From contig CAJVYS010000003.1 of NCBI GenBank assembly GCA_913009875.1, positions 13,528 through 77,527 on the forward strand: a DNA stretch of 64,000 bases, in the 5' to 3' direction. The notes beneath the pieces were generated by a model. That model saw only the letters and a program-made list of their open reading frames with translations. It was not told where the DNA came from and made no database searches. The DNA comes from an uncultured Gammaproteobacteria bacterium (lineage in GTDB: Bacteria > Pseudomonadota > Gammaproteobacteria > SZUA-152). The translations under genes and the position numbers were made by a program. This document shows positions 1-9,895 of the stretch, one piece after another. Positions within the stretch are counted from its first letter, which is position 1. The number at the start of each line of letters is the position of its first letter.

Positions 1-103
1 CTGGGCATGCTTGAGATGCCGTACACCTGTTTAAACGCGGCAGGGGAGGATTGGTTGACAGGAGGTGGGAATTTTTTATAGCTTGAATTGCAGTTTTAGA
101 AAT

Positions 104-166
104 TGTGGGAGCGGCTTCAGCCGCGAATAAAGGTTGGTTTTATTCGCGGCTGAAGCCGCTCCCACA
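104..166. repeat. REPIN (inverted pair of GTGGGAGCGGCTTCAGCCGCGA REP units)
   Basis: TGTGGGAGCGGCTTCAGCCGCGAATA ... TATTCGCGGCTGAAGCCGCTCCCACA inverted pair; same family at 3449-3511 and 12946-13009. Confidence 0.9.
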
Positions 167-214
167 GGTTTTTTTGTTTTTTTCCGCCGATCATCGCGGC
201 CAAGGCCCACTCCA

Positions 215-1099
215 CTACCAGCTGTACGCGGCACCCACCCCCGCATACAGGGTGCTACCACCACTGATTTCCGGCATGCGCAACAGGCCACCGTTGAGAC
301 GCAGGCGCCATTGACGGTCGAGGTCAATGGAGAGACGCACGCTGGTTAACCAGCTGGCCAGGCCGTCCACGGCCGAGACACTGCGGTATTCGTCCACGCT
401 CAACAAGGCGCGGCGGAAGGCGTAGCGAAGGCCGGCACTCATGCCATAATCCTCGAAGCCCATAACCAGCTCCAGCGCCAAGGGTGAAAACAGGCGGATT
501 GCCCGGGGGTTGGTGGCCAGCGGGGCCAGGTCACGGTCGTAATCGTGAGCGGACAGGCCCAGGGCAAAACCCCAAGCTCCCCAATAGTAGTTACCGTCAA
601 CGCGAATGCCATAGCTCTCGATCCGCCACTCATCAGGGCAGGTGGGAAAACGGCGGCAAAGATCCGACGTCGAAAGGACGATATTGCGCCACTGTGGGCG
701 AATGGCGAGGGTCCAATCGAGGCTGTTGTAGGCCAGAAATCCGCGTACGGTGGTACTGGTGATGTGGTCCGCCCTGCCCCACTGTTCCAGCTCGGCACCA
801 TAATTCAGTGCCTGCAGCGGGTCGTTGACCATGCCGATAAGAAAGGACTGGGTTGAATAGTCCGAAAATTCGTTGTCGATGCGCGTCTGCACGGCGGAGA
901 ACAGCAGCCGCGGGCCGCCGATGGCGAGGTCGAGATCGAGGTACAGGTCGCTGCGGCCATCATCACCGGCGCTCCACTCCACGCTCAGCAGCGAGGGCAG
1001 TTCATCCAGTGCCAGCAGCGGCGCGTTGGCGCACAGCAGGGCCAGCGCACACAGCAGGCGGCAGATGACCCTTCGCAAACACAGATATTCAATAGGCAA
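215..1099 (-). CDS. Putative outer-membrane beta-barrel protein
   Basis: Signal peptide, alternating amphipathic strands, C-terminal aromatic (GVGAAYSW); last gene of the ECF cluster. Confidence 0.7.
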   Translation of the reverse strand: MPIEYLCLRRVICRLLCALALLCANAPLLALDELPSLLSVEWSAGDDGRSDLYLDLDLAIGGPRLLFSAVQTRIDNEFSDYSTQSFLIGMVNDPLQALNYGAELEQWGRADHITSTTVRGFLAYNSLDWTLAIRPQWRNIVLSTSDLCRRFPTCPDEWRIESYGIRVDGNYYWGAWGFALGLSAHDYDRDLAPLATNPRAIRLFSPLALELVMGFEDYGMSAGLRYAFRRALLSVDEYRSVSAVDGLASWLTSVRLSIDLDRQWRLRLNGGLLRMPEISGGSTLYAGVGAAYSW

Positions 1100-1169
1100 G
1101 ACTTCCCCCTGACATTGGTCAGCGGGAAGATTATACCCCGATGCGCCTTTGCTCTCTCAGCGCAACGCC

Positions 1170-1679
1170 TCAGCGGTGCCTCTGCCGGTGCAGTTCCTGA
1201 CGCTGGCGGGGCGTCAGGTGGCGGATGCGTTCACGGCGTTCGATGAAGTGGCGGCGCTGCTGCGGCGTCATGCTGCGCCAGCGTTCACGCAGGACTCGGC
1301 GACGATCAGTCGGCAGTTGGCGAAACTGGCGGTACTGCTCGCGCAGGTGACGACGCTCGGCCGGTGGCAGGGTCATGAAGCGCTCATAACGCTGACGTGC
1401 GCGGGCGCGTTGTTGCGGCGGCAAATGTTTCCAGCGCTCGAAGCGTTTTTTGAAGCGTGCACGTTGTTTCGGGGAGAGTTGTTCCCAGCGCGCCGCACCC
1501 TTGCGCAGATTCTGTTGGCGTTCGGCGGGCAGGCCATCCCAGTTTTTCTTCAGCGGGGCCAGCAGCTTGCGTTCCTGCTGTGTCAGGACATCCCAGCCGA
1601 TGCCACCGGCATCGTTCCCGGCCCACGTGGCCAGCGGTGCGAGCAATATCAGTACAAATACGATGGCTCTAGTCATCAT
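1170..1679 (-). CDS. DUF3106 domain protein
   Basis: Signal peptide followed by repeated W/F-x-x-L-[ST]P-x-QR helical units; usual neighbour of DUF3619/ECF sigma. Confidence 0.85.
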   Translation of the reverse strand: MMTRAIVFVLILLAPLATWAGNDAGGIGWDVLTQQERKLLAPLKKNWDGLPAERQQNLRKGAARWEQLSPKQRARFKKRFERWKHLPPQQRARARQRYERFMTLPPAERRHLREQYRQFRQLPTDRRRVLRERWRSMTPQQRRHFIERRERIRHLTPRQRQELHRQRHR

Positions 1680-1920
1680 TGTCTACCTCTGTGTCCTTCG
1701 CCTCAGTCGGCATCGCGGGCGCATCTTCGGCCTCCAGCGCATCGAGCATCTGCAACGGGTCAATCCATTCGCCATCGGCGTCTTCCCAGCTGCCGAGGAA
1801 TTCCAGCAGCGCCAGATCCGGCGCCTGCGTGTCTTCTTCCGCCGCCATCACGCCGGGCGGCAGGAACAATAATCCCAGCACTCCCAACGCTCCCAACAAA
1901 GGAAGGCAACGACTACCCAT
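1669..1920 (-). CDS. Small acidic exported protein (83 aa)
   Basis: ATG at 1920 overlaps the upstream gene end; signal peptide then PDLALLEFLGSWEDADGEWIDP; overlaps the DUF3106 start. Confidence 0.7.
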   Translation of the reverse strand: MGSRCLPLLGALGVLGLLFLPPGVMAAEEDTQAPDLALLEFLGSWEDADGEWIDPLQMLDALEAEDAPAMPTEAKDTEVDNDD

Positions 1921-2269
1921 TGTCGTCTTCCGCGGGAGCACCCTCGGCGACCCAGGCGTAGAACTCCAGATCGGCGTAGAACTCCGGGTCGGCCTCATCA
2001 CTGAGCAGGGCAATATCTTCCAGCGCGGCAAAGCTGTCGCCCATCGGCGGCACCTGCCACAGGCTGACAGTCAGCACCGCCACTGTGGCGGCTGCGGCCA
2101 AGCCGCTGGCCGGCAGCAGCCAGACAGGCCTACGCGGTCGCTTGGCTGCGGCCAACGCCTCACGACGGGCAGCGCCCAGGCGGGCCTGCGTGGCGCCATC
2201 AATGCGTTGTTCGGCCTCGTCCAGCACGGTGCTGATCCGTCGCAGAAAGTCATCCTGCTGTTCACTCAT
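1913..2269 (-). CDS. DUF3619-family putative anti-sigma factor
   Basis: ATGA overlap with the sigma stop; LD...RL..ARR.AL motif, one TM helix, C-terminal EFYADLEFYAW. Confidence 0.8.
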   Translation of the reverse strand: MSEQQDDFLRRISTVLDEAEQRIDGATQARLGAARREALAAAKRPRRPVWLLPASGLAAAATVAVLTVSLWQVPPMGDSFAALEDIALLSDEADPEFYADLEFYAWVAEGAPAEDDNG

Positions 2270-2817
2270 GGCCAGTGATCCTCCAGTTTGTCGCGCAGTG
2301 CCTGCACCGCGCGGGAATAATGTGTCTTGACGCTGCCAGCACTGATACCCATGGCCGTGGCCGTTTCCGCCACGCTCAGGCCCTCCCACTGACGCAACAA
2401 AAAAGCCTGCTGCTGGCGCAGGGGCAGCGCGTGCAGGGCGACATCCAGGGCGTCAATGGCGCACTGCAAACCCAGACTGCCATCCGGGCCGGGGGCATGG
2501 CTGGCAATGCTGGTCTCCAGCGGGTCGCCGCCCATCTCATCATCCGCCGCCCCCCGGGGAAAGCCCAGCCACTGCCGCCAACGATTGCGCACCCGGCTGC
2601 GCCGGTGCCAGTCGTGGATGGTGCTCTGCACGATGCGCTGAAACAAAGGCCCCCACTCCGCCTCGGGGCGGTCCGCATAGCCTTTCACCAGACGCAGCAT
2701 GGCATCCTGCACGATATCCAGGGCATCCTCACGGTTGCTGGTGGCAATCCAGGCCATGCGATAGGCCCGGCGTTCCATACCGGCGAGAAAACGATCCATT
2801 GCCTGCGTTGATTCCAG
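2266..2817 (-). CDS. ECF RNA polymerase sigma factor
   Basis: Region 2 (EDALDIVQDAM) and region 4 (LPLRQQQAFLLRQWEGLSVAETATAMGISAGSVKTHYSRA); start either CTG 2817 (GGAGAG RBS upstream) or ATG 2799. Confidence 0.93.
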   Translation of the reverse strand: MESTQAMDRFLAGMERRAYRMAWIATSNREDALDIVQDAMLRLVKGYADRPEAEWGPLFQRIVQSTIHDWHRRSRVRNRWRQWLGFPRGAADDEMGGDPLETSIASHAPGPDGSLGLQCAIDALDVALHALPLRQQQAFLLRQWEGLSVAETATAMGISAGSVKTHYSRAVQALRDKLEDHWP

Positions 2818-2983
2818 CCTGTGCTCTCCATCGAATCGTGCCTGCGCCCATTCTGGCCGCGAGGGGTAGTGGCTGTCTACGGCATCCCGCATCCGGGCTA
2901 TGTTTCTACTACTTAACGCGGCAGTCAGCCATTGGTTGACAGAGGAGTGTAAAATCCTGCTTGCAGCCCTAAAGAGAAAAACG

Positions 2984-3391
2984 ATGAGCACACAGAAACA
3001 GGCCTTCGCCGAACGACTCAACGACGCCTTGGACAATATCCGCTTCCCCGCGCTGGGCAATGGCCGCCTGAGCCGCTTGTCAGAGCTTCTCAGCACCCGG
3101 CAACTGGAAACCGACCGCTGGCTGAAGGGAGTGGATTTCCCCCCCACCTCGGTACTGGTCAAGCTGGCCGAGCTGACCCAGACGCGATCCAACTGGCTGC
3201 TTTCCGGCCAGGGTGCACCCTTCGAGCCGGGCAGACACCCACGCGGCACGGGCAAGATTCCGCCGGCGACGGGAAAGGAAAAGCTCAGCAAGGAAGCGCT
3301 GGAACTGGGACTGAAGTGGATGAAGCTGCCGCGACAGCAACGCCAAGCCATTGCGCGGGTGGTAGAGGAGTTGGTGGGGGATGAGGATTGA
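2984..3391 (+). CDS. XRE/CI-like helix-turn-helix regulator
   Basis: FAERLNDALD...RWLKG..FP...L.KLA...NWLLSGQG resembles a phage-repressor N-terminal HTH; divergent from the ECF gene. Confidence 0.7.
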   Translation: MSTQKQAFAERLNDALDNIRFPALGNGRLSRLSELLSTRQLETDRWLKGVDFPPTSVLVKLAELTQTRSNWLLSGQGAPFEPGRHPRGTGKIPPATGKEKLSKEALELGLKWMKLPRQQRQAIARVVEELVGDED

Positions 3392-3403
3392 GGCGATTTT
3401 AGC

Positions 3404-3570
3404 TGTAGGAGCGGGCCATGCCCGCGATAACTATGCCTGAAAAACCTCTGTGGGAGCGGCTTCAGCCGCGAATAATGGCGGGCCCTATTCGCGGCTAAAG
3501 CCGCTCCCACAATTTCTAAAACTATAATTTCTGTGATGAAAAATAAACTATCGCGGGCATGGCCCGCTCC
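3404..3570. repeat. Nested double REPIN
   Basis: Outer pair GTAGGAGCGGGCCATGCCCGCGAT / ATCGCGGGCATGGCCCGCTCC encloses inner pair GTGGGAGCGGCTTCAGCCGCGA / TCGCGGCTAAAGCCGCTCCCAC. Confidence 0.9.
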
Positions 3571-3583
3571 GATCTCAAGATCG

Positions 3584-4243
3584 TCAAAAGCGCATCACCA
3601 GACCAGCAGTAATATCCGCCTGCATCAGCGATGAGCCGCCACTGACCGCGATATTGCAACCGCCACTGCCGCAGAACAGGCTGCCGCTGTAATAATTGAA
3701 GGGCAGAAGCAACCGGCCCTGCAGGTTCAGACCAAGGCGTTTGCTGAGCATCATCTCCATGCCCAGGCCGAAGTGCATGGAAAACCGGGTTTCGCTGGAA
3801 TAGCCCGAATCGCGTGGTGAAAAATGGGTGACGCCAAAGGTGCCCATGCCGTAGGTCCGCACTCTCCCTTCGTTGATCACCTTGGTGCCACCGAGCTGGT
3901 AGTGGTCCACGCGCATGTCGAACAGGTCTCGGCTCATACCGCTGAGGTCGGCCTTTTCCTCCACCGTGGTGTCGTAGGTGGAGAAGGAGAATCGCATCCG
4001 GGTGGTATGGCTGCCACGGTAAGGAAGGTCCAGGTTGACGCCATAGTCCGCGGTTTCTTTGATGCGCAGCTGGCCGTCACGGGTGTTGACGGTGCCACCG
4101 AAGATCCAGCCGGTGAAGGGCGTAATGGTGAATGCTTCCTGCGCAGCCATGGCCGGCGTACACAGTACGAATAGCACGCCAACAACAAGCCCTCTCCCAT
4201 CGAGGGAAAGGCCTATCCGTCCCAACGGGCTAAGCATCGCCAT
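3584..4243 (-). CDS. Outer-membrane beta-barrel protein (OmpA/OmpW-like)
   Basis: Signal peptide ending AMA-AQ, beta strands, C-terminal AGLVMRF; start (4243 or 4237) overlaps the ABC gene stop. Confidence 0.75.
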   Translation of the reverse strand: MAMLSPLGRIGLSLDGRGLVVGVLFVLCTPAMAAQEAFTITPFTGWIFGGTVNTRDGQLRIKETADYGVNLDLPYRGSHTTRMRFSFSTYDTTVEEKADLSGMSRDLFDMRVDHYQLGGTKVINEGRVRTYGMGTFGVTHFSPRDSGYSSETRFSMHFGLGMEMMLSKRLGLNLQGRLLLPFNYYSGSLFCGSGGCNIAVSGGSSLMQADITAGLVMRF

Positions 4244-6038
4244 CTTCGGCCACCCGCTCCTTTTGCTGCAGGATCCACATCTCCGCATAGCGTCCTTGCG
4301 CCGCCAGCAGTTCCTGATGGGTGCCGCGCTCGATAATACGCCCGGCATCCATCACCAGGATCTGTTCGGCATCGACGATGGTGGACAGACGGTGGGCGAT
4401 GACCAGGGTGGAATGACCGCGGCTGGCCTGTTTCAGGGCGCCGAGGATGGCCTGTTCGGCATGGCTGTCCAGGGCCGAGGTGGCCTCGTCGAAGATGAGG
4501 ATCTGCGGCCGCTTGAGAATGGCACGGGCGATGGCGACGCGCTGCTTTTCACCGCCGGAGAGCTTCAGGCCGCGCTCACCGACGCGGGTGTCGTAACCCT
4601 CCGGCAGGCTGACGACAAAGTCATGCAACTGCGCCAGGCGCGCCGTTTCGATGATCTCATCAAAGCTGGCATCCGGGCGGGCGTAGCGCAGGTTGTATTC
4701 GATGCTTTCGTTGAATAGCACCGTATCCTGCGGCACGATGCCGATGGAGGCACGCAGGCTGGCCTGGCTCACGTCGCGGATATCCTGGCCATCGATGAGG
4801 ATGCGCCCGCCGCTGACATCGTAGAAGCGGAATAGCAGCCGCGCGAGGGTGGACTTGCCCGCCCCGCTGTGGCCCACCACAGCCAGCTTCTGCCCCGGCA
4901 GGATGGTGAAATCGACGTCGTGCAGGATGGGCCGCTCGGGCTGATAGGCGAAGTCGACGTGTTCGAAGCGCACCTCGCCGCGAGTAACCTCCAGCTCGCG
5001 GGCGTCCGGCTTGTCGGTGATCTCCGGCTGTTCGTCGAGCAGCTTCACCAGCTGATCCATATCGGTGAGCGAATGGCGCATCTGCCGGTACACCATGCCG
5101 AGGAAGCCCAGGGGCATGAACAGCTGCAGCAAAAAAGCATTCACCAGCACGAAGTCGCCGATGCTCATGTTGCCGTCGATAACCTCAGCGGCCGCGAAGA
5201 ACATCACCACCGTCACGCCCACGGCGATGATCGCGGCCTGACCGAAATTGAGCACGGAGATGGAGGCCTGGCTCTTCACCGCGTTGGCCTCCCACTGCTC
5301 GAGGGTGCGGTCGTTGCGCTCCACCTCCAGCCTTTCATTGCCGAAATATTTAACCGTTTCGTAGTTCATCAGGCTTTCGATGGCCTGATTGCTGGCCTCG
5401 GATTCGAAGCGGTTCATGGCCAAGCGGTATTCCAGGCGCCAGTTGATTACAGCAAAGGTGAAAGCAATGTAGGCCGCCACGCTGGCGAAGATCACCACGG
5501 CGAACACGGCATCGTATTGGCTGAGCAGGATACCGCCGACCAGGATGAACTCCACCGCCACCGGCAAAATACTGAAGGCCATGTAATTGAGGATGGTGCT
5601 GAGGCTGGCGGCGCCGCGCGCGAGGTCACGCGAAATGGCGCCGGTCTTGCGTTCCAGATGAAAGCGCAGCGACAGGCGGTGCAGATGCTCCAGGGTGCGC
5701 AGGGTCAGGCGGCGCATGGCACGGTAGCGCACGCGGGTGAACAGCACGTCGCGCAGCTCACCGAACAGGGAGCTGCCCAGCTTGGCCAGACCATAGGCCA
5801 ACAATAGGCCCATCGGCAGGGCAACAAGAACCTGATCCGCACTCACATCCAGCCGGTCCACCAGCCCCTTGAGGGCCAGCGGCACGCCCACATTCGCCAC
5901 CTTGGCCAGAACCAGACAGCCCAGCGCCAGCATCACCCGGCCGCGGTATTCCCACAGATAGGGCAACAGGGCGCGGATATTGGCCCAGTCATTGCGGTCG
6001 GCGCTGGGGGCCGCCGTGTAACGGTAGTGTGCGGACAT
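4230..6038 (-). CDS. Atm1/ABCB7-family ABC exporter (TMD+NBD)
   Basis: LSLRFHLERKTG, NYETVKYF, GHSGAGKST, LSGGEKQR, FDEATSALD. Confidence 0.92.
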   Translation of the reverse strand: MSAHYRYTAAPSADRNDWANIRALLPYLWEYRGRVMLALGCLVLAKVANVGVPLALKGLVDRLDVSADQVLVALPMGLLLAYGLAKLGSSLFGELRDVLFTRVRYRAMRRLTLRTLEHLHRLSLRFHLERKTGAISRDLARGAASLSTILNYMAFSILPVAVEFILVGGILLSQYDAVFAVVIFASVAAYIAFTFAVINWRLEYRLAMNRFESEASNQAIESLMNYETVKYFGNERLEVERNDRTLEQWEANAVKSQASISVLNFGQAAIIAVGVTVVMFFAAAEVIDGNMSIGDFVLVNAFLLQLFMPLGFLGMVYRQMRHSLTDMDQLVKLLDEQPEITDKPDARELEVTRGEVRFEHVDFAYQPERPILHDVDFTILPGQKLAVVGHSGAGKSTLARLLFRFYDVSGGRILIDGQDIRDVSQASLRASIGIVPQDTVLFNESIEYNLRYARPDASFDEIIETARLAQLHDFVVSLPEGYDTRVGERGLKLSGGEKQRVAIARAILKRPQILIFDEATSALDSHAEQAILGALKQASRGHSTLVIAHRLSTIVDAEQILVMDAGRIIERGTHQELLAAQGRYAEMWILQQKERVAEDGDA

Positions 6039-6262
6039 ACGATAATCCCTATTTTTTCAGCAGTTATTCGCCTCGCGCAGGCTGGGCGCCACTATAAATC
6101 CCACCTCTCCCAATTGCACGGCGGGCTGCAAAAAAACTAAATCTGGCCTCGCAGGTGCCGATAGGACTGGCAGCCATACCAAGCCGGTACGACCAGATGT
6201 ATCCCAACGATGGACAAGCTCCAACTTCGGCCCATGTCCATCCCCTGAAAAAAAGTGAACCC

Positions 6263-6661
6263 GTGATCGCTAAGTTTCGCATATTGACCCTGCTGCTCTC
6301 TGCCGCTCTGCCTATTGCCCCGGCACAGACCAAGGCCGATGCGGAGGGCCAGTATGAACGGGGAGAAAAATTGTTCTCAACTTACTGTGTCCGCTGCCAC
6401 GGTAAGAATGCCGATGGCGAGGGCCGTATGGTTAAACGGCTGTATCGCAAACTGAAAACCCAACTACCCAGTAATTTCACTCTGGGTATTTATTCAGACC
6501 GCCCGGCAGAATACCTGCACAAGATCATTACCAATGGCGGTGAAAACCATTCCATGAGCAAGTACATGCCGCCATTCGGTGAAGAGCTGTCAGCCAAAAA
6601 TATCGATGACCTGGTGCACTTCATCAGGAAGACACCGGAAAAGTATGCTATCGACCCGTAA
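6263..6661 (+). CDS. Monoheme class I cytochrome c
   Basis: Signal peptide, CVRCH, distal MPPF; GTG start inferred. Confidence 0.85.
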   Translation: MIAKFRILTLLLSAALPIAPAQTKADAEGQYERGEKLFSTYCVRCHGKNADGEGRMVKRLYRKLKTQLPSNFTLGIYSDRPAEYLHKIITNGGENHSMSKYMPPFGEELSAKNIDDLVHFIRKTPEKYAIDP

Positions 6662-6727
6662 ACGACCCCGGACAGAAATACGTCACATGAAACAAATGAG
6701 CTACAGAGCATCTCAGAGGAACCCATC

Positions 6728-8359
6728 ATGTTAGAGACTCTCGTAAAAGGTCTGTCCCATATTGGCTGGCGCACCAAAATACTCAGCCTGTCAGGCTTGT
6801 ACATTTTGCTGATTCTGGCGGTCGGCCTGTTTGGCGCCTACACCATCTATCAGCAAAACCTGGGTATGGAAAACATGGTCCAAAAGGCACAACCCCGGGT
6901 CAATCTCGCCACCAATGCGCGGGTCGCGGTGGTTGAGCTGGGCCGTGCCCTGGCCAACGTCGTCGCTGCCGAACAGAAGAAAGAAATCCGCCGTGAGTCC
7001 GTGGCTGCGATTCGCGCCCTTTCCATGCTGGATGAGCAGGTTCAAACACTGGCCACTAACCTTCCCGACAGCCAGGAGGTCAAACAGCTGACGCCGTTGA
7101 TCGAAAAGCTGCGCCCGACGCAAATGGAAGTAATCAAGGCGGCAAAGAAAAATAACGACAGTGAAGCAATGAAAAAGATGCGCAGCATCACCGAAGACTC
7201 ACAAAAAATTGATGACCTTTCTCTGCGACTGGTAGAAAAAGAGCGCGGTAAATTATCTGAGATGCAGCGTATTTCCAGTGAAAAAAGCCATACCGTTATC
7301 ACCGTCATGGCCACGATTATCGGCATCGGCCTGATCATTGGCATACTCGCCAGTCTTCTGGCAGCCTACCTGGTCACCAAGCCACTGGGTATGATAGAGC
7401 AGACCATGACCGCCATCGCCGACGGTAACCTGAAGGTTCGTATCGATGATGCAGGCACCGACGAGATCGGCCGTACGGTCAATGCCATCAGCCGCACCGT
7501 GCGCAACCTGCACGAGATCATCTCCAAGATCCGCAGCGGCGCCCTGCAGCTAGGTGAACAATCAAACCAGGTGGGACAGGCGGCCGAGGTGGTCAATGAA
7601 GTCTCCACTAAACTGCATGACAGCGTGGTGGAGATTCAGGATGACGCGGCACTGGTCACATCGGTCACCGACAACGTCGCCACCAGACTGGGCGAGACGG
7701 CTGAGGCGGCGCAACAGACTTCAAAGGCGACCCGCGAGGCCTCCGAACAGCTACTGGCGACGGTCAGGGAATTTGAAAAATTTCAGGCAGATATGGAAAG
7801 CACCGCCAAGGCAACACGTGAACTGTCTAGCGCCGCCGATGAGGTCACCAGCATCACCGACACTATTCGCGATATCTCTTCACAGACCAATCTACTGGCA
7901 CTCAATGCCGCCATAGAGGCTGCACGTGCTGGGGATCACGGGCGAGGATTCGCCGTCGTTGCCGATGAGGTCCGCCAGTTGGCCAAGCGTACCGAAGAGG
8001 CAACCTCGGAAATTTCTGGTCTGGTCGAGGGTATTTCCGGCAGCGTCAGCACCACGGTCGATGCCCTGGAAAACAGTGTTGGCAATGCGAAATCCAATAT
8101 AGATCGCCTCACCAGCCTGGCCGATGAAACCACCCTTAGCAGCCAGCGTGTACAGGAAATGCGTACCAGTATGATGGAGGTGGACGATCTGATGGTGTCG
8201 CAGGGTCAGGCCGTACAACGCATCACATCAACCGTCTCGGCCCTGGTCGATGTCTCATCGGACGCCAACCGGCAAACCATTGAACTCAGTGAGTTGTCAG
8301 GCAACCTGGATGCCGCCGCCACGGATCTGAACAAGGTCGTCGACAGATTTAACCTGTAA
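6728..8359 (+). CDS. Methyl-accepting chemotaxis protein (periplasmic helical sensor, HAMP, MA domain)
   Basis: Two TM helices, DEIG HAMP motif, [31 protein letters not shown]. Confidence 0.95.
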   Translation: MLETLVKGLSHIGWRTKILSLSGLYILLILAVGLFGAYTIYQQNLGMENMVQKAQPRVNLATNARVAVVELGRALANVVAAEQKKEIRRESVAAIRALSMLDEQVQTLATNLPDSQEVKQLTPLIEKLRPTQMEVIKAAKKNNDSEAMKKMRSITEDSQKIDDLSLRLVEKERGKLSEMQRISSEKSHTVITVMATIIGIGLIIGILASLLAAYLVTKPLGMIEQTMTAIADGNLKVRIDDAGTDEIGRTVNAISRTVRNLHEIISKIRSGALQLGEQSNQVGQAAEVVNEVSTKLHDSVVEIQDDAALVTSVTDNVATRLGETAEAAQQTSKATREASEQLLATVREFEKFQADMESTAKATRELSSAADEVTSITDTIRDISSQTNLLALNAAIEAARAGDHGRGFAVVADEVRQLAKRTEEATSEISGLVEGISGSVSTTVDALENSVGNAKSNIDRLTSLADETTLSSQRVQEMRTSMMEVDDLMVSQGQAVQRITSTVSALVDVSSDANRQTIELSELSGNLDAAATDLNKVVDRFNL

Positions 8360-8502
8360 CCGCGAAACACCCTGGATGGCTGCAAAATCACTGGCATATT
8401 TACTTTAATGGCCTAATATCTGTTAGGTTTGCAAAAAATTAATTTCATTCTGCAACTATTGCAGGCAGAAAAATGATTAGCGAAAGAGAGAGAGGAGACC
8501 TC

Positions 8503-9522
8503 ATGAAAACACATTCCACATTGACCCGCATGCTCCACAAGGTACTGCTCATTACCTGTCTGGGCGCAGCCGCCGCAGGCGTGCAGGCTGCGGAAGACTA
8601 CAGCAGCTTTCTGAGGCCTGCTGAAATCCCCCAGCCGGACAACAACCGCATTACCACAGCACGCACCGAGCTGGGAAAGATGCTGTTCTTCGATCCCCGT
8701 CTCTCTGGCTCCAACTGGATCAGTTGTGGCACCTGCCATAACCCGGCCCTCGGCTGGTCCGATGGCCTGCCCACCGCCATTGGCCATGGTATGGGTGTCC
8801 TGGGACGCGCGACGCCCACCATCCTCAATACTGCCTATCAGCCACTGCAGTTCTGGGACGGCCGGGCACGGACGCTGGAAAAACAGGCCCTGGGCCCGAT
8901 TAAGGCCGCGGGTGAAATGAACCAGGATCTGGATGAAGTCATCAAGGAGCTTTCCGTCCTCAAGGGCTATCGCGATGCCTTTGAAGATGCCTATCCGGGC
9001 GAGGGCATCACGAAGAAGACCCTCGCCAAGGCCATTGCGACCTACGAGCGCACCATCGTTTCCACAGAGTCACCCTTTGACCGCTGGGTGAAAGGTGAAA
9101 CTCACGCCATGAGCAAGACGGCCCAGCAAGGCTTCGAGGTATTCCTCGGCAAGGGGCGCTGCGTGCTGTGCCATGGCGGCTTTAACTTTACCGACAATGG
9201 CTTCCACAATCTGGGCCTGAAGGGTGACGATGATCCGGGCCGCTATGGCATTCGCAAGGTCAAGATCCTCAAGGGCGCCTTCAAGACACCCACCCTGCGG
9301 GATGTCGAGCTTACCGCCCCCTATATGCACAACGGCATGTACAAAACGCTGGAAGAAGTTATTGATCACTACAACCGGGGTGGCGACACAAAGGATAATC
9401 TTGACCCCAACATGCAGCCCCTGCATTTGAATGCCAGCGAAAAGGCCGGCCTGGTGGCCTTTATGAAGGCGTTAACGGGTGAACCTGCGCCGGTCACACT
9501 ACCCCGTCTGCCCGTCGAATAA
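8503..9522 (+). CDS. Diheme cytochrome c peroxidase/MauG-family protein
   Basis: LGKMLFFDPRLS, CGTCH, QFWDGRA, CVLCH, FKTPTLR, APYMHNG; GAGGAG RBS. Confidence 0.93.
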   Translation: MKTHSTLTRMLHKVLLITCLGAAAAGVQAAEDYSSFLRPAEIPQPDNNRITTARTELGKMLFFDPRLSGSNWISCGTCHNPALGWSDGLPTAIGHGMGVLGRATPTILNTAYQPLQFWDGRARTLEKQALGPIKAAGEMNQDLDEVIKELSVLKGYRDAFEDAYPGEGITKKTLAKAIATYERTIVSTESPFDRWVKGETHAMSKTAQQGFEVFLGKGRCVLCHGGFNFTDNGFHNLGLKGDDDPGRYGIRKVKILKGAFKTPTLRDVELTAPYMHNGMYKTLEEVIDHYNRGGDTKDNLDPNMQPLHLNASEKAGLVAFMKALTGEPAPVTLPRLPVE

Positions 9523-9544
9523 TTGCAAAATCAAGGAGACAATC

Positions 9545-9895
9545 ATGCAAACTCAGTCAAAACAGAAATTGCTTCATGCTGCCTTTATCATCGCCGCCAT
9601 GCTCACTACGATCACTGCACAGGCCGCCGAAATTGTCGTTGACCAGCACAACAAAACCTTCGTCGTCGAGGGCAACAAGGTTGAGGCCATTACCATCAAT
9701 GCCGGCGATACCCTTCGCTTCAGAAACGATGACCCCTTCTTCCACAATATTTTCTCACTGTCAGACCTGAAAACCTTTGACCTGGGCTCATTCCCCAAAG
9801 GGCAGTCCAAGACAGTTACCTTTGACAAGGCCGGGATGGCGGAAGTGGAATGCGCCATCCATCCGGAGATGTACATGGAGGTTACGGTGAAATGA
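9545..9895 (+). CDS. Cupredoxin (MauL-like blue copper protein)
   Basis: Signal peptide, HNIFS and C-AI-H-PE-M type-1 copper ligand set; AAGGAG RBS. Confidence 0.85.
   Translation: MQTQSKQKLLHAAFIIAAMLTTITAQAAEIVVDQHNKTFVVEGNKVEAITINAGDTLRFRNDDPFFHNIFSLSDLKTFDLGSFPKGQSKTVTFDKAGMAEVECAIHPEMYMEVTVK

Noticed and set aside
1-8. Minus-strand ATG CCC AG (MPR...) as the start of a RAYT next to the REPIN
   Set aside because: Only 8 bp lie inside the window, which cannot support a call.
2936-2955. TTGACA...TAAAAT promoter for the HTH gene
   Set aside because: The spacer is only 8 bp.
2818-3510. 414-aa version of the sigma factor
   Set aside because: The extension runs antisense through the HTH gene and a REPIN; the ECF domains cover only the last ~180 aa.
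8392-8408. Sigma54 promoter before the peroxidase
   Set aside because: TGGCA is present but there is no TTGC at -12.
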